A stretch of 64,000 nt of DNA from Owenia fusiformis (Eukaryota). The position numbers and the translations under genes were made by a program. Below are positions 52,301 through 64,000 of this stretch, piece after piece. The stretch is from NCBI GenBank assembly GCA_903813345.2, contig CAIIXF020000001.1:26040001-26104000 (forward strand). Reading direction: 5' to 3'. Position 1 is the first letter of the stretch; each line of letters begins with the position of its first letter. The notes under the pieces were generated by a model. That model saw only the letters and a list, made by a program, of their open reading frames with translations, was not told the DNA's origin and did no database searches.

Positions 52301-55300
52301 TTATTGGTGCAATCTGCATTAGTCGCACAACCTGGCAATATATGAGTCATTGTATTAGATAAAAAAATCCCTTGAAAATGACTGAAGTTTGCACTAGACT
52401 GCACTAGGATTGAATGGACAGATGTGCAATAGTTTAGTTGTGTGGGGGCAGATTTACGTTATTGTAAAATAATTTGACCGAAATATAGAGGATACCCAGG
52501 GAGGACTTGGAGGATATAATATAAAAAAACTATGTATCATTTCTATCATATAAAAAACTATGTATTATTTTTATCAAAGTGCTTTATACGAACACCTCAG
52601 TGACTGATCATGGTATAAATGAAAAGAGGGGGATCGAATTTTAAACAATACTGAGTTAAAAAGGGTTATTCACAGGGGCTTGTCTCGAGGGTCGTGCAAG
52701 CCGTCCGATGAGTGTGTATGTACTGCTTATTAAGAGTATCTTAAATTCTTTATAACAGTACAGAATTATTGGAGGGCTCACCCGACCCTCCAGACAAGCC
52801 CCTTTGGGGTTATTGCATAGTAATTCAATATCATACCACATTTGCCAGACAAGCACTGTGCACCCAGGCTATCTGGGTAGTCACATTGAGAGTTCAGTGT
52901 ACATCCGCATTTGCTCGAAATACACACTGGCCCCTTCTCATCTATCAATATGACATTGCCACCAGTGGTACAACCATCATCATTCACACAGATCTCTGCA
53001 AGTAAAGAGAATATCTGATTCATGGTCCACTTACAATTCAACATTAGAAATATAAAGTTTTATGAAAAGTTACCTATAATATAAGGATGTATGGTTCATT
53101 TGGTGCTACAAAAGCTTTAAATTTTAAGGGCAATGTGCCTTGATACTGATTTACTGATCCTCCAAAATGATATTTACGCAAGCCTAAAGCTCCTTAGGAC
53201 CAGTTTAGCATAGATGTCAAATCTATATCAAGCTAACAAGATGACTCACAGATGAAAAATTAAGGCCAGCTTGCAACTGGTTGAACTAATTTCTTACCAC
53301 AAATTCCATTCTTGCAGTCCTCCCCTCCTGCGCAATTTGCTGACGAGTCACAACCTACAGACAGATCAGGGGAGCCAATCATATGAAAGTGACACGTATC
53401 ATTAACCAATAAGAAGCACTTATTCACATGATCATTACAACTGTCATGGCCAAGACTGAACTTGATTGACAAGTAGCCCCAAACCCCAATATTAGCTTGC
53501 ATTCGCAAATGCAACTAGCACCTGTTGGCTACTGATTAACCTGCTATTTTATGGGCAACTCATTTAAATATGAATACTATCTGCCCCTATTCCATTCATA
53601 TTTAAATGAGATGGTCATGAAATAGTAGGTTAATCCGGTAGCAGACAGGCATTAGATGCATTCGCGAATACAAGCTTAGATCTATATCACTTTAAGAACG
53701 TTGTCATGTGAGCAGGTATTGATACAACATGTACTAGGATACATGTCATTTTGGTACATATATCATTGCACTTCATGCACAATGTTTGCACCTTTCACAA
53801 AGATATATCAGTTGAAACACCAAGGAACATAGTGGAATGATTAAGAAAATGAGAGAAAAAGATTGATCTTTAAAAATTAAAAAATCAAGTGAGCAATAAG
53901 AGTCTTTTTCCTTACCCAAATCAGCTTCAGTGGCTTTTGCACATTGCCAATATTTGCTCTGTAAGATACCCCCTGCAGAGTTATATGAAGCAATATGTAA
54001 ATGATTTCCTTGGCTAAATGAGTTTAGACTTACCGCATTTTCCATCTTTGCATGTATCCCCAAAAGGATGTGCAGTACAGTCTGCGTTAGACAGGCATTC
54101 TATAGAAAATATGGCAGAATTAATATTGTTTCAGGTCTTTTTACGGAAGCCCAAAAAACAGAAGTTATTTGTTTTACTATAGGTTTGCGTACTGACTTGA
54201 CCAGATTTTGGTCTACCAAGAAGCTGATATGTTCTTTTATTGCTTTAACTCTATGAATACCACTGTTGCTATTTGTAGTTATGTAATAATTTGGAAAATA
54301 CTTACTACACTGGGAATTGTCACACACAGGACCATTTTTGCCAGTACAGTCTGCACCAGTATTACAACCTTCAATCAAAGATATTAAATAGTCAACAATT
54401 AGTAAAATACTATTGGTAGCTTATAAGTAGGTGTATGAAACTTGCTCAAATATATTCAATTTAACACTGATTTGTTATGATATCAGAACTTTTGAAAAAA
54501 AAACATCAAAAACATCATTTATATTTCTTCAAAATCCAGAATCTTGCGGATACAAAAACGTCAAAATCCGAACATCTCCTAATGTAATCCTAATTACCTC
54601 CTAACCTGTCAAAATGGCATTCTGACTAGACAGTCTATACCTTATTAAGAATAATCAAATTTCAAATGTCCCAAGCTTCAAAATATTTCCATAAATCCAG
54701 CCCATCAACTTTGAAAATATCAAGTCAATCGGTCAAACAAGTTTGCTCAAACATGTATCATATAAATAAATCAAGTCAGTAAGCTTAATGAGGAGCATCA
54801 TATGTAAAAACTTACCACATTCATTGGTGCCACCTAAACAGACAACACCAAATCCACTGTTAATGCATTCGAGAATAGTGTTACAACCTTAAAAAAAAAC
54901 AGTATAAATAAGTAAAAGACCCAGCATGATAACTAAATCGCAGAAAACATACATATTAAATGAACCTGTCTAAGTATCTCCAAACTCTATGTAACACTTT
55001 TTAAATGTATTACTTTATTTTATGTTAACTTACCACACCTTTCCTGGGGTTCCAAACATACATCACCCCTGTTATTAGTCAAACATGTGCCACACTCTAA
55101 AAAATTAAAAAATAAGACTTTTTATGATAACATCACCCCTGTTATTAGGCAAACAAGTCCCACACTCTAAAAAATAAGACTTTTTAAGATAATGGACCTA
55201 TTGAGGAAAATCAATAATTCAAAAATATTAATCAATAGTTTTTGAAGTGTTGTATGTGATATTTTACTGTTATATGTAATAATATTGAGAATATATTCAT

Positions 55301-56207
55301 TTTTAAACACTCAATGGTTATACAGCTATGTATCATATGATGACACTTTGTAAAAAAAAAAACAGATGCAGCATTTTTCATAAAACAGCAGTTATTAAGA
55401 AGAAAAATGTGTGAAGATGTGAAAACATGAAAACCCTACAAAATAAAATGTAGTCACGGAGTACAAGAACCTTGTAACTTAAAACAAAAATAACTTACTG
55501 CAAGCATTGATATTGCATGTATTTCCAGCTGAGTTATCTGTACATTGGCTGTTTGTTGCAGGGTTACATCCTTAAAGAAACAAGCAAAAAATTACACTTA
55601 TATCTACATGTATTGATACTAGAGAATGAACAAGTGACAAATATCTATGAGAGGATGTGGATCTCAATATATATTTGCATTTGTAAATTAATTTTTCACC
55701 ATGTTGTCCACCTCTCTCTCTCTCTAAAAATGTTATTGAAAATATCAATTTTTTATTTTAAAAATTGCTTCCTTTTTCAAAATCGATGGATGCTGAGGAA
55801 TACAATGGATCTATACAATAATACAATGAATAATAGTCTTTGGATTGCTTCAGTGCTTGGAAGATCACTCTGAGAATGTATAATTACCACATGTTCCCGT
55901 TGGTCCTGGATTAGTACATTGGGTCCCTTCTTGTGCAAAGAGACAATCAGCATCACTAGTACACTGGCCATTAACACTGTTAACTGTAACATTCAATTTT
56001 AAACTGACAATCAAGCATATTGTGGACAAAACTAATATGAATTCATTGCTATTGTAATCCATAAGTCATTTGAAATGTTACAAATGTTAATCCTAAAATT
56101 CTACTGACTTTGCTTTGAAGAGATTGAAAAAATATAAAATACAGCATTTTAATCTTACCTAGTATTGCAGCTAAGAAAACAGAAAATACAACTAAATGCA
56201 TTTCCAT
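40377..56207 (-). CDS. Secreted protein: signal peptide + ~20 four-Cys repeats + GDPH motif + ITIH C-terminal-like domain (~750 aa, at least 24 exons)
   Basis: Exons (minus strand): 56207-56159 (MEMHLVVFSVFLAAIL), 55983-55888, 55570-55499, 55096-55034, 54887-54816, 54368-54306, 54099-54034, 53354-53298, 52995-52837, 52331-52266, 51979-51914, 51479-51405, 51152-51084, 50298-50146, 48953-48873, 46015-45950, 45013-44936, 44061-43963, 43507-43433, 43055-42942 (VVGDPHVRCG...LLCIEAFGTPGK), 41932-41867, 41714-41561, 41367-41201, 40609-40377. Repeat exons are phase 1-1, e.g. GCATNADCTNNDNGATCISGAC. The ITIH-C assignment was made by eye. Confidence 0.8.
42047..42791. mobile_element. Foldback element built of inverted 15-bp tandem units, 9-bp TSD
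   Basis: (ttcgccccttcccat)n switches to (atgggaaggggcgaa)n at ~42408. Ends ggtttattcccattt / aaatgggaagacacc. TSD gtgtaattt at 42038-42046 and 42792-42800. Confidence 0.85.
45989..48277. repeat. 65-bp minisatellite (~35 copies) containing an acceptor of the Cys-rich gene
   Basis: Unit tgtcacagtcactgtcagttgtacagcctacaataagagaaacatggaatacatcaatgcctgga. The first copy overlaps the real exon edge at 46015. Confidence 0.97.
48990..49167 (+). mobile_element. Tc1/pogo-type MITE (TA TSD)
   Basis: TIR cagtaaaacctgt / acaggttttactg flanked by TA. Related inverted copies at ~24085-24241 and ~12600-12722 share tacagaagtcagtagagtatgtgc. Confidence 0.8.
49200..49650 (+). mobile_element. Helentron-type non-autonomous element
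   Basis: gctcacatggtg near the 5' end and caccatgtgagc at the 3' end, with a GACA/GATG microsatellite at 49572-49610. Confidence 0.6.
49685..49905. repeat. Degenerate ~40-bp tandem repeat, mid-intron
   Basis: About 5-6 recurrences of gtgcaatgaa-ctaaggtcat. Confidence 0.7.
52020..52178. repeat. Long hairpin element
   Basis: agaataaataatgataggccattcaatattgtgaaattc / gaatttcaccatattgaatggcctatcattatttattct. Confidence 0.75.
53494..53676. mobile_element. Palindromic MITE
   Basis: agcttgcattcgcaaatgcaacta / tagatgcattcgcgaatacaagct. Its core ctattttatgggcaactcatt...ctattccattcatattt is shared with 33535-33718. Confidence 0.65.
55060..55191. repeat. ~70-bp tandem duplication containing an acceptor of the Cys-rich gene
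   Basis: acatcacccctgttattag(t/g)caaaca...cacactctaaaaaa...ataagacttttta occurs twice. Confidence 0.9.
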
Positions 56208-56788
56208 GATTTTCGTGTGAGAATGCCAAATTGTATTGTACAGGATTCCTAATTGAAAATTAAACAATGAACATGACAGTCAACTGGCAAATATCAGTGT
56301 CAATCAGTAAATCAACATGTGATATTGATAGCTGAATCTCAGAAAAAAGTTAATAGCTGTTGATTTTATAATTGGATATGTAATTTAGGATGACAATTGT
56401 GAATTAGAAACGAAACTGACTGAATATATACAGGTAAATTCCGAAAGTTTGTAAAAATGTCCGAAATGGATTAACGTGAAACAAAGTTGACATTGGGAAA
56501 ACATTTGAGGGAGAAAACATCACAGTAGATTTCAATATTAGATTGCAACAGATTTACTGGACATTAACATGCCAGACTGCATTGATAAAACAGATCATAT
56601 ATGTTGATAAACTTTTAAAATTGCAAAATAGTTGCCACATTTTAATATACAATGGGACAATTTGTCAAAACTAGAAAGAAAACAGTCCATGTTGGAAAAT
56701 TTTGTTTATCACTTAAAACTGTTGTCAGTGCAGGCAGTTTCAATAACAGGACAGTAACCCCATTGTTATATGATAATAATATGTAATA

Positions 56789-56949
56789 CAGTAAAACCTG
56801 TCAAAGTGGAAAACAGTTGGTACCACTAAAAAGTGTTCCATTTGGGAGGTATTCCACTGTTATAGAGGTTCATTTAACATTAAGTCAATTGGTCTTGGGA
56901 CTCTGAAGTGTTCCACTAACAGAGATGTTCCACTTTACAGGGTTCACTG
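56789..56949. mobile_element. Tc1/pogo-type MITE, second family
   Basis: ta-cagtaaaacctgtcaaagtggaa ... ttccactttacagggttcactg imperfect TIRs. Confidence 0.55.
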
Positions 56950-57914
56950 AATGTAGGAAATAAATATAGATATCCTATATGAGGTTCAGGATATTGGTAT
57001 TATCCTGAGGCCAACAAAATGCAATTTTAATTACAATCAAACAAAAATTGTTCAAGAATGACATATGAATACTTTGATGTAAATATTTATTTACCTCTGA
57101 TTAAAGAGATATGTTACACATAAACATTATCATTACAGTATATTATTGTAAAACTAGAAAATTTTGAAAATAATTCAGAATCACAAGATCTTCTAGTTTT
57201 ACTAAAAAACTGAGCATTATAAAAATAAATATAAAAAGGAATATATCCTTGCTGCCACCTGCATCTTATCTGGATCCAATTAACAACAATAATTTACAGC
57301 TAAAGAGTCCATTTTCCCATAAATGGTTCATTTCTGCAGTTTTGGAGTTCTCTTAGCAATTAAATATCTATTTATAAAGGCTAAGAACAATATATTTATA
57401 AAAGCTATGAACACTGTAAAGCATCTTATGTAGGCAATAACGCTTGCATAAACTAACCTTTTCAGTGAGGTGCCAAATGATGGGTGTACAGATTTTTATT
57501 TTGGAAGCAGTGTGTGTGTTTTTTTTGAGAGTGGGCTGGCCATGGCGTGTTCATCTAGAAATTTTGTTCATTTTGTTTTTTTATCGATATCGATTAAAAT
57601 CTATCCATAAATTGTGTATAGCATATGTGCACCATGGTTAAATTAATGAATGAGTCTTGCAGTGTTTTACATGTTCTATTAAGGTTCAATCGTAGTCGCC
57701 TTAAATGTTCTTTACATGTCCTCTATGTACGCTAATGTTCCTTTCATGGAATATTCTCTAAAAATTATATTCTATTTTCTATAGGTTCTATAATAGACTA
57801 ATATCATATTATTTTCAATTCCAATCGAACATCTTGCCAGTCCTGCTAGGGTATTTTTAGGAATAACATCATTAACTTGCATAGTGTCATTTGGTTATAA
57901 TGCAAGTAAAACTT

Positions 57915-62373
<4,459 letters not shown>

Positions 62374-62579
62374 CTAATCACAAGACACTGGCTACATCTA
62401 TACTATAAACTGACCCACTAAGAGACATCATTCAGGTTGTAAATGAAATGCATACTGTTTCTGAGAAGACTACGGATAATGAAAACAGTCGCTAATATTA
62501 TTCCCTGGGGGGTCCACTGTATATAAATTATGGCAGGGTCCTAGGCTGAATCCTCAGTTATCAATATGTCCCTATACCA

Positions 62580-63010
62580 ATCTGTCAAATTTCAACGTGT
62601 TCCCATACCAACCAAAATAATGCCCAAAAGCCATACTAAATATCCAAATATAGGACTAATGCCATACCAAATTTCCAGATATAAGACCAAGCCATACCAA
62701 ATGTCTTAATTAATATAGGACCAATACCATACCAAATGTCCAAATTAGAAAAAAGCTAATATTCAAACTGAAGAATGCCTTGAGAAGAAGGCAAATCTAT
62801 GCAGAAAAGGATCAAAAACAACCTCAAATTAAGAATATGTGTAACTATTAGACCAATACCATACCACAATTGTGAGGTAACATATTTTCCAAGAGAATTC
62901 TCATACCAGAAAGTGGAAAATCTGGCCATTGCCATACCTCAAGTCAAAATTTGGAGGGCATTCTATAACCAGATCCTAAAATTTGGGTTGACTGCCATAC
63001 CAAATGTCCA
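62580..63010. repeat. Degenerate short tandem repeat (ccataccaaat core)
   Basis: Recurring ccatacca(a/c) roughly every 30 bp. Confidence 0.55.
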
Positions 63011-64000
63011 AAAAGGTACCCCATGTGCGCCGAAGATCCCCGTCAAGGTTTATATATAGTGAACCCCCTGGGTAGCCAGTCTTTAATCTGTGTTGTCTTG
63101 TTGGCCAGACAGGCTTAATTTCCATGCAGATCTTGGTAATGGTTATTTTCTTAGGAAGAAGAGTAACCTCATTGCCCTGTATCATTTTTAGTCAATTCAG
63201 GAGTAGCGTCTCCTCATGTGGGTAAGATGTACAATGCCCTATCCATGATTATCAGGCCCATAGGCGTAGCCAACCCCCTGGCCAAAAAATCTTTCAAAAT
63301 CATGGAATTTTTCACCATTCTGAGAACTTTTCAAGTGATTCTGGCTTATCCCGTGTCAGGACTATAGTCCTGGAATGAGCCCAATCTTTTGCCTGTACGA
63401 TTACAACTTGGGAGAATTATCTACGCCCCTTACACTTTAGATACCTACTTCAATAGATTCCTTGGTATTTTAGCATTCTTTTCGTGTAGTTGAATCCAAA
63501 ATTGTCTGGGTTTATCGGCAGAACGAACGAATTTTTGTTACAGGTGTGAACCCCTCTTGGATTTTCAGGCCCATTTTTAAAAGTGAATCCTGTTTTAAAC
63601 GCTGGCTTTCAAGGGAGGTGTAGTGTAACAAGCCAGATACTAAGTTTACACAAAGCTATCTCCTGAGAGATCTATCTAAAGATGGCTATGTGCAAATATA
63701 GTAAATACTGGTCATGAAAGGGTGTGTTAAGTGTAAAAGTGATCTAAATGTAAAGAACATTCGATTTCGGAAACTCAGCAATTTTTGAGATCAAGTCAAG
63801 ATTCATGCAAACTCTGAAAAAATAATCATATAACATTGATTGACGTTTCCTGGACAATCGAATGATATGAATCAGGAAACTTGTATTTTCTAGAAGCCTA
63901 AAAATTTTATCTTACCCTTCGACGTACTTTAAGACGAACAATCAAGAGTAACGTCCCTTTTACGATCGATTAAAATAAAATCTGAAAATTTCTGAACTTT

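Noticed and set aside
53916-53972. Possible extra phase-1 exon GGILQSKYWQCAKATEADL
   Set aside because: It has AG/GT ends and an open frame but lacks the four-Cys pattern, so it was left out pending RNA evidence.

Overview
AT-rich, intron-rich animal genomic DNA, probably a marine invertebrate such as a lophotrochozoan (inferred from gene content and Helentron-type non-autonomous repeats). Five protein-coding genes can be assembled by hand from GT-AG exons: (1) LAGE3/Pcc1, a KEOPS subunit (+, 5374-5628); (2) an intact 21-coding-exon single-chain urease (-, 10893-25074, ~860 aa, all Ni ligands present); (3) head-to-head with it, the urease accessory GTPase UreG with a His-rich N-terminus (+, 33419-38544, ~265 aa); (4) a secreted protein of ~20 four-cysteine modules on symmetric phase-1 exons, followed by a GDPH motif and an ITIH-C-terminal-like domain (-, 40377-56207, ~750 aa); (5) LZIC (-, 57915-62283). 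Introns hold many non-autonomous DNA transposons (mariner remnant, 9-bp-TSD and 5-bp-TSD foldbacks, Helentron-type elements, TA MITEs). The most unusual pattern is six independent tandem duplications or arrays (2 to ~35 copies) whose unit starts at or straddles a real exon-intron junction and extends only into the intron, giving runs of decoy splice sites. All exon models are manual and lack transcript support.
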